DNA from: Bacteroidota bacterium
GTDB taxonomy: Bacteria; Bacteroidota; Bacteroidia; AKYH767-A; 2013-40CM-41-45
Reading direction: 5' to 3'
NCBI GenBank assembly: GCA_043787975.1
Contig: JAYVUK010000007.1
Location: forward strand, 18,553 to 82,552
DNA length: 64,000 nucleotides
The notes below the pieces were generated by a model, which was given only the letters and a program-made list of their open reading frames with translations, searched no databases and had not been told where the DNA came from. A program made the translations under genes and the position numbers. Positions 1 through 9,398 of the stretch are shown in pieces. How positions within the stretch are numbered: the first letter of the stretch is position 1; each line of letters begins with the position of its first letter.

Positions 1-1
1 A

Positions 2-2869
2 AAGATTTTACAGCACACTGTTCTCCAGGTTCAGGATACAAACTTTTACGGAACAAAAATAGTTTGCCAGGAAATGTCGCTGCAAGGCGATCCCGGAATA
101 AAAATCAACAGCTGGAAAAAACCGGATTACCTGATGACGCAGTCTAACATTTATTTTACTCCGTCAACTATCACGACCAATCTTGATACATTCAATGTAC
201 ACGTGATTGTGCGTAACCTCGCCAAAGCTGTTCCTGATTCGTTCAACGTAGTGGTTACACGCACCTACCCCAACGGAACAGATTCTGTTTACACAACCCG
301 GATTGCGCATTGTTATTATGCTGATTCATTGCAACTAACTATGCATGTGAATGGATTCAGTTCTTCCGGAATAAATAAATTTAAAGTGGAGGTTGATTTA
401 CCAACCAGTGAAGTGGATGAAATCGACAACACGTTTAACAACTCCGCAACGGCCACACTCTTCATTACTTCCAACGACCTGGTGCCTGTATTTCCGGCTA
501 AGTTTGCCATTGTTCCTTACAACACGATTGCTTTGAAAGCAAGCACCTCCGATCCGCTTGCAGGAATGAAAACCTACCGGTTTGAAATGGATACTTCCTA
601 CCAGGCATTTGGAGAGCCTCCTGTACCAAGTCCGCTGTTCAGGTTTACTACCATCACTGACAGTGGTGGTGTAATCACCTGGAACAACAACATTCAGTTG
701 CTTGACAGCACCGTTTATTACTGGCGTGTTGCAAATGATTCCATTCAAAACGATCCCGTAACATACAAATGGCAGGAAAGTTCATTCATCCATATTCCGA
801 ATAGGACGGGTTGGTCGCAAAAACATTTTTACCAGTTTAAAGATGACGGTTACACCAATGTAATTCCTGATAGCATCAACAGGAAATTTGATTTTGTACA
901 TAACAATAAAACGCTGGATGTAAATTTATATGGTTCTCCGGTAACTAATTCACAAGCATTTGCAACAGGTTATTGGCTTAATGGAACCAATCAGGATTAC
1001 ACGAGTTGCGGACCAACTGCCGCTGTAATGGTTGTGGTAATTGATTCCACCAGCCTCGAACCATGGACAACTGCTTGTCATGATTTCGGACAGAACAATC
1101 TTTACACCGTATATAATGGTGATTGCGTAAATCCTGTAGGAATGAACGAATGTAATCCAGGACGTTTGCGGACGGACAAATATTTTATCTACCGTTACAG
1201 CGATCCTCTGATTTTTCCGAATTTAGGTCCTATGCTGAATGCAATTCCGAGCGGAGATTATGTTCTTGTCTATTCGTGGTACACAAATCCCTATTCTACT
1301 AACCCCACCTTTTTAAATGCAATGAACTCGGTTGGTTTTCAAACTTCATTTCTGAATGACAATGCTCCTTATATTTTCTTTATGAAAAAAGGATTTCCGG
1401 CTACAGAACAACATCTCGTAGGCCAGCTGGCTACAGACAGTCTACATTATTCCCATGTTCTTTCGAGTGTATGGGATCGCGGAACAATTGCATCTGATTT
1501 AATTGGTCCTTCATCACAATGGCATGAGTTACATTGGAGAGAACATGCGCTTGAGACAGGGATTACAAAAGATACAACTGCGCTTAACATTTATGGAATC
1601 ACAGCAGCAGGTCATATTGATACGTTGAGATATGGAATGCAAACCAGTTCGTCCGATACTACCTTGAGTTGGATTTCCGCAACGCAGTATCCATACCTGA
1701 GACTTGAAGCTTATGTGAAAGATGATTCGCTGAGAACACCACCTCAATTGGACAAGTGGCAAGTCTACTATGAAGAAGTCCCGGAATGTGCGGTCAATGC
1801 AAACAGGAATTTCAGTTTTCATGCAAGTCCGATGGCAGAAGGCGACACACTTCGAATGAGCATTGCCATTGATAACATTGCCAACAAACCGATGGACAGT
1901 TTAGCTGTTGATTTTTATATGTATGATAACAATCGCATCCGGCATAACCTGAAATCATTGAAGCTTGATTCATTGCGTGTCAACCAATCGTTGCTTGCCA
2001 ATGTTGAACTTGACACTACGTTTGGCCTTTCCGGAAATAACAGTTTGTGGGTGGAAGCAAATCCGCAGGGAGTAAATCATCAGCCTGAACAGTTTCATTT
2101 CAATAACATCGCTGAAATGAAATTTAAAATCAACAAAGACGCAATCAACCCGATACTCGATGTTACGTTTGATGCCATTCATATTTTAGATGGCGACATT
2201 GTTTCAGGAAAACCTGACATTACAATTCAGCTGCATGATGAAAATAAATTTCTTGCACTCAACGATACTGCTGATTTCAGAGTCTACCTGAAAACTCCTT
2301 CGTCCAATACGGAACAACGAATTTATTTTTCTCAACAATACTTCGGAGGTTCATTGCGGTTTACTCCTGCTGTACTTCCGAAAAACAGCTGTAAGATAGA
2401 CTGGAATCCGATCCTTGCTGAAGACGGAATCTACTCGCTCGAAGTGGAAGCAACGGATGCTTCCAGGAACGAGTCAGGAAAATACATGTACAAAATCTCT
2501 TTTGAAGTGATCAACCGTTCAACCATCACTGAAGTGTTGAACTATCCGAATCCGTTCTCGACCTCCACACGTTTTGTTTTCACACTGACGGGAAATGAAA
2601 TTCCCGGTTACATGAAAATTCAGATCATGACCGTCACCGGAAAAATAATCCGTGAGATTGAGCAAAATGAATTGGGAAATATCCACATTGGCCGGAACAT
2701 CACCGATTATGCATGGAATGGAAAAGATGAATTCGGTGACCAGATCGCAAACGGGCTTTACCTCTATCGCGTAATCAGCAAGATCAATGGAAGTGATATT
2801 GAACACCGCAATACCGAAGCCGACAAGTATTTCAAAAAAGGCTGGGGAAAAATGTATTTGATGCGGTAA
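2..2869 (+). CDS. Large secreted protein with a T9SS C-terminal sorting domain; 5' end lies outside the window
   Basis: The reading frame is open from position 2 with no upstream stop. The C-terminus (YPNPFSTSTRFVFTL...GLYLYRV) matches the Por secretion tail pattern. N-terminal function is unknown. Confidence 0.6.
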   Translation, partial: KILQHTVLQVQDTNFYGTKIVCQEMSLQGDPGIKINSWKKPDYLMTQSNIYFTPSTITTNLDTFNVHVIVRNLAKAVPDSFNVVVTRTYPNGTDSVYTTRIAHCYYADSLQLTMHVNGFSSSGINKFKVEVDLPTSEVDEIDNTFNNSATATLFITSNDLVPVFPAKFAIVPYNTIALKASTSDPLAGMKTYRFEMDTSYQAFGEPPVPSPLFRFTTITDSGGVITWNNNIQLLDSTVYYWRVANDSIQNDPVTYKWQESSFIHIPNRTGWSQKHFYQFKDDGYTNVIPDSINRKFDFVHNNKTLDVNLYGSPVTNSQAFATGYWLNGTNQDYTSCGPTAAVMVVVIDSTSLEPWTTACHDFGQNNLYTVYNGDCVNPVGMNECNPGRLRTDKYFIYRYSDPLIFPNLGPMLNAIPSGDYVLVYSWYTNPYSTNPTFLNAMNSVGFQTSFLNDNAPYIFFMKKGFPATEQHLVGQLATDSLHYSHVLSSVWDRGTIASDLIGPSSQWHELHWREHALETGITKDTTALNIYGITAAGHIDTLRYGMQTSSSDTTLSWISATQYPYLRLEAYVKDDSLRTPPQLDKWQVYYEEVPECAVNANRNFSFHASPMAEGDTLRMSIAIDNIANKPMDSLAVDFYMYDNNRIRHNLKSLKLDSLRVNQSLLANVELDTTFGLSGNNSLWVEANPQGVNHQPEQFHFNNIAEMKFKINKDAINPILDVTFDAIHILDGDIVSGKPDITIQLHDENKFLALNDTADFRVYLKTPSSNTEQRIYFSQQYFGGSLRFTPAVLPKNSCKIDWNPILAEDGIYSLEVEATDASRNESGKYMYKISFEVINRSTITEVLNYPNPFSTSTRFVFTLTGNEIPGYMKIQIMTVTGKIIREIEQNELGNIHIGRNITDYAWNGKDEFGDQIANGLYLYRVISKINGSDIEHRNTEADKYFKKGWGKMYLMR

Positions 2870-2873
2870 GTTG

Positions 2874-2990
2874 CCTTCGATGTCACACTGAGCCCTTCGT
2901 TAGGCTCAGGATAAACTCCGTCGAAGTGCGACACTCCTTCGATGTCACACTGAGCCTTTCGTCAGGCTCAGGATAAACTCCGTCGAAGTG
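2874..2990. repeat. Two tandem copies of a ~55-bp hairpin-forming unit with a 62-bp period, between convergent genes
   Basis: The unit CCTTCGATGTCACACTGAGCC(C/T)TTCGT(T/C)AGGCTCAGGATAAACTCCGTCGAAGTG occurs at 2874-2928 and 2936-2990. Each unit contains the GAGCC/GGCTC and CTTCGATG/CGTCGAAG inverted pairs. Confidence 0.7.
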
Positions 2991-3003
2991 CCAAATTTCA
3001 CTT

Positions 3004-5043
3004 TTATTTTAAGGTGATAAAGCGATCTCCTGTATTTCTATCTTCAATAATTTTATCGAAATGTGTTTGAAGTTCAGGATTGACAACTGATCTTTTAGTC
3101 ATTGCTATGTATTTTACATGGAAGTCATTAATAAAATCCAGTTGGCTTTTCGCCGGAGAAATAAATTTTCCCTCCTTCTTTTGTTTCTCACAATATTGAT
3201 AAAAGACGGAAGTTTCCAGGTACAGCGTTGTCTGATTTTGTTGCGTAAATATTTTTTCCCTTGGCATATTAAAAACATCAATGCTGATTTGGTTTTCGTC
3301 GCCAGACAGAAAAGCAAGATGCTTTAACGGTACATACAAAGAGCTTTTGTTGGAAGATGATTCGGAATAAATCAATGAATCCGATAAAAACACAACCGGA
3401 CTTTCCGGATGCTGTTTGTATAAAAAATAAGTACTGTCAATGTATTGCTGCGAATACGAAGAATTTATTTCAGCATGATAACCGCGTTTTGTTTGAGAAT
3501 AATTAATATAAATGAGGAGAACAAATGCGATGAACAGGAAACTAAGTGTGAGCATATTTCTTTTAATAAATTTATTGAACAGGAATAAAAAGAGGACGAA
3601 TGCAAAAGGAATAAATAAGGTATAAAACAGCTGGCTGGCATTGACACCCAGAAAAAAACGAAATGCAGACCAACCGAGTAAACCCGTCACAAAAAAACAA
3701 CCCGCAAAAAGAGAAACCATTTTCACGGAATCACTGAAGTCCATTCCTCCACTCTTGTTTGCTTTACCAATAATTAAAAGTATTACCCAAGGTAAAAAAC
3801 CAACGCATGTAGCGAATGGAATTATTTTTAAAAGGTAAACAGCATCTGCGAGATAATACTTGTTTGAAAAATATACGGGAAAGGTTTTAACCGACTCCTC
3901 TATTGAATTCATCAATATTTTGTTTCCGAAACTTTGATAATAGAAGTAACTAAAAAGACCAACCAAAAGAGTGTACGCTGTAAAACGCAAAAGATCGTTC
4001 CTTGAAATAATTTTGAACAACCAACAAAGAGGAAGCGCTAACAGTAAGCCGGGTATGAGAACAACTGAGTTCGTAGAGAAACAGAATGGCAAAAAAAGTA
4101 AAGCAATAATTCCCAATCCGTATTTTTTATTTATGATGCAGAGGAAAAACAAAACAACAAACAAGAGCACAACAACCGTCTTCTGGTAATTGATCCACAT
4201 GATTCCTGCAGCAGGTTCTATTGTAAAACTTAAATTGTTATTCCTAAAAAATGAATGCCAGTTAATTTCGCTGAAAAAAAGAAGAAGGATCGTGATGCAT
4301 TTAACAAGGAAGGAAATGGTGATTTTTTTTTCGGTTGCTAAAAAAAATTGTGAGATGGCTAACATTCCACATAAGAGGATAAGCAACAACAGGGGTCGTG
4401 TAACAAGGAGTAAGGAATAAATACTGTTTACTCCAAAGCACTTTATTACAAATGCATTTATCCATAACTCAAAATAATGATACGGTGTTCCTCCTTTAAG
4501 GGTGTCACAAAATAAACTTCCGAAAAGAAAGGTATTCTCCTCACCTGTTTTATTGAGATATCCTGACAGCTTTCCAAAATAAATGTTGTCCATCCATTCA
4601 TTGCTCATGAACGGAATTCCATTTCCGTTACTCATTAACACAACCTGCCAAAGACATAGTAATGCCGTCATCAACAGCAAAAATATAATGAGCTCACGGT
4701 TTTCTTTTGAAAGTTTTTTCGGGAAACGAATTAATTCTGAAATCCTTCGATTGCCAATCAAATGATGTTTCCTTACTTCGAAAAAAGCAACTAAAAATAA
4801 CAGGATAAAACCAAGATTAATGGTTCTAAAATGAGTCATGGAAATTGAATAGATGAAAACGAGAAAGGTGGTTCCTGTGAGGAGATAAACAAAACCTCTC
4901 AGGTAACTATTGTTTTGAGAAAACGGGCAAACACAGAATTTAACAATGCTTCTTCCAATAACCAGTACTAAAAAGACAACACAATAAAGAATGAGTACAT
5001 TGGATAAAAAAATTGTCTTTAATGCTACTTCCATAATTTCCAC
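3004..5043 (-). CDS. Polytopic integral membrane protein, hypothetical, with many transmembrane helices and a C-terminal soluble domain; a GT-C-like glycosyltransferase is one possibility
   Basis: It is a 679-aa ORF that is very hydrophobic for the first ~480 aa, and it is divergent from lnt. No diagnostic motif was recognised. Confidence 0.45.
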   Translation of the reverse strand: MEIMEVALKTIFLSNVLILYCVVFLVLVIGRSIVKFCVCPFSQNNSYLRGFVYLLTGTTFLVFIYSISMTHFRTINLGFILLFLVAFFEVRKHHLIGNRRISELIRFPKKLSKENRELIIFLLLMTALLCLWQVVLMSNGNGIPFMSNEWMDNIYFGKLSGYLNKTGEENTFLFGSLFCDTLKGGTPYHYFELWINAFVIKCFGVNSIYSLLLVTRPLLLLILLCGMLAISQFFLATEKKITISFLVKCITILLLFFSEINWHSFFRNNNLSFTIEPAAGIMWINYQKTVVVLLFVVLFFLCIINKKYGLGIIALLFLPFCFSTNSVVLIPGLLLALPLCWLFKIISRNDLLRFTAYTLLVGLFSYFYYQSFGNKILMNSIEESVKTFPVYFSNKYYLADAVYLLKIIPFATCVGFLPWVILLIIGKANKSGGMDFSDSVKMVSLFAGCFFVTGLLGWSAFRFFLGVNASQLFYTLFIPFAFVLFLFLFNKFIKRNMLTLSFLFIAFVLLIYINYSQTKRGYHAEINSSYSQQYIDSTYFLYKQHPESPVVFLSDSLIYSESSSNKSSLYVPLKHLAFLSGDENQISIDVFNMPREKIFTQQNQTTLYLETSVFYQYCEKQKKEGKFISPAKSQLDFINDFHVKYIAMTKRSVVNPELQTHFDKIIEDRNTGDRFITLK

Positions 5044-5189
5044 TGAAAAGGAGGATTGAAAATTAGGGAAAATAAATCGTACTTGTTTGATGAATTACTC
5101 AACGCTTTATTTGCGTTTAAATCTTTCCTGTTAATTCTCGTTAATGAAAAACATTTGTCGCAAATTTTGATAATCTTGCATCACTTTTT

Positions 5190-6824
5190 ATGAGCAAAGC
5201 CAAACAAATTGCTTCTTACTTTTTCTGTTCCGTGTTAAGCGGTTTTCTTTTGTGGCTCTCCTGGCCGGAAAGTGGATTTACACCCGTTATTTTTTTTGCG
5301 CTGGTCCCGTTATTATGGATCGAGTATTCTTTTTATATGAACAAAAGAAAGAATGGCCGGATCAAACTCTTCGGATATTTTTACCTCACGCTTCTCATAT
5401 GGAATGTGCTCACAACCTGGTGGATTTATAACTCCACGGATGTCGGAAGTTTTGTTGCGCTTGGCCTGAACAGTTTATTCATGGCTATTGTGTGGCAATT
5501 ATTTCATATCACAAAAAAAAATCTTGGAAGTGCACTCGGCTATTTTTCATTGTTTGTTTATTGGATCGGCTTTGAATACCTGCATTTACATTGGGAAATT
5601 TCCTGGCCGTGGCTGACTCTTGGAAATGCTTTCGCAACCCATCCCCAATACATTCAATGGTATGAGTTCACAGGCGCACTTGGCGGAACACTTTGGGTGC
5701 TTGCCGCTAATCTTTTCTTTTTCATCGTAACAAAAAATATTTTCAAACGCGATTTACTTTCGGTGATGCGGAAGGTCAATTCCATTGTAGGGTTAACTGC
5801 TTCCGGAATACTCATCATTGCCCCAATGATTTTTTCACTCTTCTTATATCATCGTCATGTAGATGCCGGAGATCCTGTAAATGTGGTCGCCATTCAACCG
5901 AACATCGATCCGTACAATGAAAAATTCAATGGAACAGGAGATGAACAGCTCGCCAAATTATTGCGATTGGCGTCAACCGTTGCTGACAGTAATACGAATT
6001 ACATCGTTGCTCCGGAAACCGCGTTGCCTGATGGAATCTGGGAAGAAAATCTCCGCGGACACAAGCAAATAAAAACGATTGAAACATTTATTAAAGCATT
6101 TCCTAAAGCAACGATGATTGTCGGTGCATCGACTTACAAGGGATATGACGCAGGAGAAAACCGAAGCGAGACTGCTCACAAATTCAAAGACAGCGAAAAT
6201 TATTACGATGCTTTTAATACTGCGTTACAAATTGATCAGAACGACAGCATCGTGGTCTACCACAAAACGCGTTTGGTTCCGGGCGTAGAAATCATGCCTT
6301 ATCATACCGTTTTTGGTTTCCTTGAAAAGTTTTCGATTGATCTTGGCGGCACTTCAGGAAGTTTGGGAATTCAAAAGGAGCGGAATGTTTTTATTTCCCC
6401 GGCTCAAACCAAGGTTGCTCCTGCTATTTGTTACGAAAGCATTTACGGAGATTTTATGAGCGGCTATATACGCAATGGAGCCCAATTAATTTTTGTCATT
6501 ACAAATGATGGTTGGTGGGGAAATACGCCCGGCTACCGTCAGCATAAAAACTACGGACGTTTGCTTGCTATCGAATTCAGGAAAAGCGTTGCACGCTCTG
6601 CCAATACAGGCATTTCATGCTTTATCAACCAACGAGGCGATGTATTGAATGAAACCGAATGGTGGAAACCAGATGCCATTAAACAAACATTGTATAAAAA
6701 TGACATAAAAACCTTTTACGGAAATCATGGCGATTACCTTGGAGTTATTTCCTCTTACCTTTCATTTCTCCTGTTATTGGTGCTACCTGTGAAAATAATG
6801 GTCAGAAAAATAAGATCGAAATAG
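5190..6824 (+). CDS. lnt: Apolipoprotein N-acyltransferase
   Basis: An N-terminal multi-helix membrane domain is followed by a CN-hydrolase domain (ICYESIYGDF...VITNDGWWGNTPGYRQH). Confidence 0.85.
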   Translation: MSKAKQIASYFFCSVLSGFLLWLSWPESGFTPVIFFALVPLLWIEYSFYMNKRKNGRIKLFGYFYLTLLIWNVLTTWWIYNSTDVGSFVALGLNSLFMAIVWQLFHITKKNLGSALGYFSLFVYWIGFEYLHLHWEISWPWLTLGNAFATHPQYIQWYEFTGALGGTLWVLAANLFFFIVTKNIFKRDLLSVMRKVNSIVGLTASGILIIAPMIFSLFLYHRHVDAGDPVNVVAIQPNIDPYNEKFNGTGDEQLAKLLRLASTVADSNTNYIVAPETALPDGIWEENLRGHKQIKTIETFIKAFPKATMIVGASTYKGYDAGENRSETAHKFKDSENYYDAFNTALQIDQNDSIVVYHKTRLVPGVEIMPYHTVFGFLEKFSIDLGGTSGSLGIQKERNVFISPAQTKVAPAICYESIYGDFMSGYIRNGAQLIFVITNDGWWGNTPGYRQHKNYGRLLAIEFRKSVARSANTGISCFINQRGDVLNETEWWKPDAIKQTLYKNDIKTFYGNHGDYLGVISSYLSFLLLLVLPVKIMVRKIRSK

Positions 6825-6928
6825 CAACTTCATTTTTTAATCTTATCCGACCTTAGTACTTTCGCCTCCGGTTCAATCTCCAATCTCCAATCTCCCACTT
6901 CTAATTTCTAACTTCCAACTTCTTTAAA

Positions 6929-8329
6929 ATGAAATACGATGTAACAGTGATTGGTTCCGGTCCGGGAGGATATGTTGCAGCAATTCGTTGTGCGCAACTT
7001 GGAATGAAGGTCGCAATCATTGAACGATATGCCGTTCTCGGTGGCACATGTACCAATGTCGGATGTATTCCTTCAAAAGCTTTGCTCGATTCGTCAGAAC
7101 ATTTTTACAATGCCGGCCATTCATTTAAAACGCACGGAATTGAATTGTCCAACCTGAAAATCAATCTTGATCAAATGATCAGGAGAAAAGATGACGTGGT
7201 AAAGTTGAATACACAGGGACTTAAATTCCTGATGACGAAAAATAAGATTGATGTATACGAAGGTCACGGAAGTTTTTTGAGTCCGACAAAAATCAGGATA
7301 CAGAAATCTGAAAAAGATTTTATAGAAATAGAAACCGGAAAAACAATTATTGCTACCGGTTCCAAGCCTTCTTCTCTTCCTGGAATTATACCGGATAAAA
7401 AAAGAATTATCACATCAACGGAGATTTTAAATCTGAAAGAAATCCCTGAACACCTTGTTATCATTGGTGGCGGAGTGATCGGGCTGGAACTTGGATCGGT
7501 GTATGCGCGGCTCGGATCAAAAGTTTCCGTGGTGGAATTTCTTGATTCCATCATCGCCAACATGGATCGTTCTCTTGGAAAAGAACTTCAAAAAATTCTC
7601 ACAAAACTTGGTTTCAATTTTTATTTGCAACATAAAGTCAATGCTGTTTCATCAAAAGGAAATAAAGTAAAAATTTCTGCTGATGATAAAACCGGAAAAA
7701 AACTTGAACTCGAAGGTGATTATTGCCTGGTGAGTGTCGGTAGAAAACCATTCACTGAAAACCTGGGATTGGAAAAAGTCGGAATAAAAACAGATGAGCG
7801 TGGAAGAATTCCCGTGAATGAAAATCTTGAAACTTCTGTAAAAAATATTTACGCCATCGGTGATGTGATTCAAGGAGCTATGCTGGCGCACAAAGCGGAA
7901 GAAGAAGGAATTTTTGTCGCTGAAACAATGGCAGGACAAAAACCACACATCAATTACGCATTGATTCCGGGAGTTGTGTATACATGGCCTGAAGTTGCAG
8001 CAGTCGGAGCCACCGAAGAAGAATTGAAATCATCCGGAAAAAAATATAAGACAGGTACATTCCCATTCAGGGCAAGCGGCAGAGCACGAGCCAGCATGGA
8101 TATCGATGGCTTTGTAAAAGTATTAGCTGATTCCTCCACAGATGAAATTCTTGGAACTCATATGATCGGACCACGCGCTGCCGACCTGATTGCAGAAGCA
8201 GTTGTTGCCATGGAATACCACGCATCAGCAGAAGACATTGCACGCATCAGCCACGCACATCCGACATATTCAGAAGCATTTAAAGAAGCGTGTTTAATGG
8301 CAACTGAAAATAGAGCAATACACATCTAA
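6929..8329 (+). CDS. lpdA: Dihydrolipoyl dehydrogenase (E3)
   Basis: It has the FAD-binding motif GSGPGGYVAA and the redox-active disulfide GGTCTNVGCIPSK. Length is 466 aa. Confidence 0.9.
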   Translation: MKYDVTVIGSGPGGYVAAIRCAQLGMKVAIIERYAVLGGTCTNVGCIPSKALLDSSEHFYNAGHSFKTHGIELSNLKINLDQMIRRKDDVVKLNTQGLKFLMTKNKIDVYEGHGSFLSPTKIRIQKSEKDFIEIETGKTIIATGSKPSSLPGIIPDKKRIITSTEILNLKEIPEHLVIIGGGVIGLELGSVYARLGSKVSVVEFLDSIIANMDRSLGKELQKILTKLGFNFYLQHKVNAVSSKGNKVKISADDKTGKKLELEGDYCLVSVGRKPFTENLGLEKVGIKTDERGRIPVNENLETSVKNIYAIGDVIQGAMLAHKAEEEGIFVAETMAGQKPHINYALIPGVVYTWPEVAAVGATEEELKSSGKKYKTGTFPFRASGRARASMDIDGFVKVLADSSTDEILGTHMIGPRAADLIAEAVVAMEYHASAEDIARISHAHPTYSEAFKEACLMATENRAIHI

Positions 8330-8334
8330 CATTT

Positions 8335-8371
8335 ACAGTTTACGGTTTACTGTTGGTAAACCGTAAACTGT
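8335..8371. terminator. Perfect 16-bp stem hairpin downstream of lpdA (ACAGTTTACGGTTTAC/GTAAACCGTAAACTGT) with no clear U-tract
   Basis: This inverted repeat was read directly. It is built from the GTTTAC word family that is also seen at 46727-46790. Confidence 0.4.
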
Positions 8372-8392
8372 AAACCGTAAATCATTATATTT

Positions 8393-9394
8393 TTGAAAAC
8401 AGGAATCTTACTTGTCAACCTTGGTACGCCCGATTCACCATCTGTTCCGGATGTGCGAAAATACCTGCGCGAATTCTTGAGTGATCCAAGGGTGATTGAT
8501 ACCGGCCCAATAGCAAGGTGGATGCTTGTTAACTTTATCATTGCTCCTATCCGTTCAGGTCGTTCTGCAAAACTTTACAAAAAGATTTGGACCGATAAAG
8601 GTTCTCCACTCCTCCTACACAGTAAAAAACAAAAAGAATTTTTGCAAGAAAAACTAGGAAAAGATTTCCAGGTTGAGTTGGCGATGCGTTATCAAAGCCC
8701 TTCGATAGAAACCGCTTTGGAAAAATTTTCAAAACCTGCATTTAAAAAAATTATTGTCCTGCCGTTGTTTCCGCAGTACGCCTCTGCTTCTACCGGTTCA
8801 GTTCATGAGAAGGTTATGTCCATTGTAAATAAGTGGCAGGTCATTCCGGAAATTAAATTCATCAACAGCTTTTGCAATGATGAAGGATTCATCCGCGCCT
8901 GTAGTGAGATCGGAGAAAAATATCAACCGGAAAATTATGATCACGTCCTTTTCAGTTTTCATGGTTTGCCGGAAAGACAAATTAAAAAAGCAGATGGTTC
9001 TGATCATTGTCTGAAAGAAAATTGCTGCCCTTCCTTAGGAGAAAAAAATTTATTCTGTTATCGCGCGCAGTGCTTTGAAACGACTCGTTGCATTGCAAAA
9101 AGTCTGAACATTCCAGTTGAAAATTACACGGTGTGTTTTCAATCACGGCTTGGCAGAACTCCCTGGATCAAGCCTTATTCCGATCATGTGATAGAAGAGT
9201 TGGCAAAGAAGGGAAAGAAAAAAATCTTAGCCTTCTCCCCTGCTTTTGTGAGCGATTGCCTGGAAACTATTTATGAAATCGGAGTTGAATACGATGCGCT
9301 TTTCAAAAAATACGGTGGAGAAAAAATTCAGTTGGTTGAAAGTTTAAACGATCACCCGTTGTGGATTGATGCGATGGCAAAGTTGACAGAGTAA
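8393..9394 (+). CDS. hemH: Ferrochelatase
   Basis: The N-terminus ILLVNLGTPDSP...VRKYLREFLSDPRVID is typical of ferrochelatase. There is an apparent TTG start. Confidence 0.85.
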   Translation: MKTGILLVNLGTPDSPSVPDVRKYLREFLSDPRVIDTGPIARWMLVNFIIAPIRSGRSAKLYKKIWTDKGSPLLLHSKKQKEFLQEKLGKDFQVELAMRYQSPSIETALEKFSKPAFKKIIVLPLFPQYASASTGSVHEKVMSIVNKWQVIPEIKFINSFCNDEGFIRACSEIGEKYQPENYDHVLFSFHGLPERQIKKADGSDHCLKENCCPSLGEKNLFCYRAQCFETTRCIAKSLNIPVENYTVCFQSRLGRTPWIKPYSDHVIEELAKKGKKKILAFSPAFVSDCLETIYEIGVEYDALFKKYGGEKIQLVESLNDHPLWIDAMAKLTE

Positions 9395-9398
9395 TAGC

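Noticed and set aside
2874-2990. Possible CRISPR array
   Set aside because: There are only two repeat units, adjacent with no unique spacer between them, and no cas genes. It is a tandem hairpin repeat instead.
3114-4765. Several 60-76-aa ORFs on both strands inside the 679-aa membrane protein gene
   Set aside because: They are nested within a long, coherent hydrophobic ORF and are typical AT-rich frame noise.
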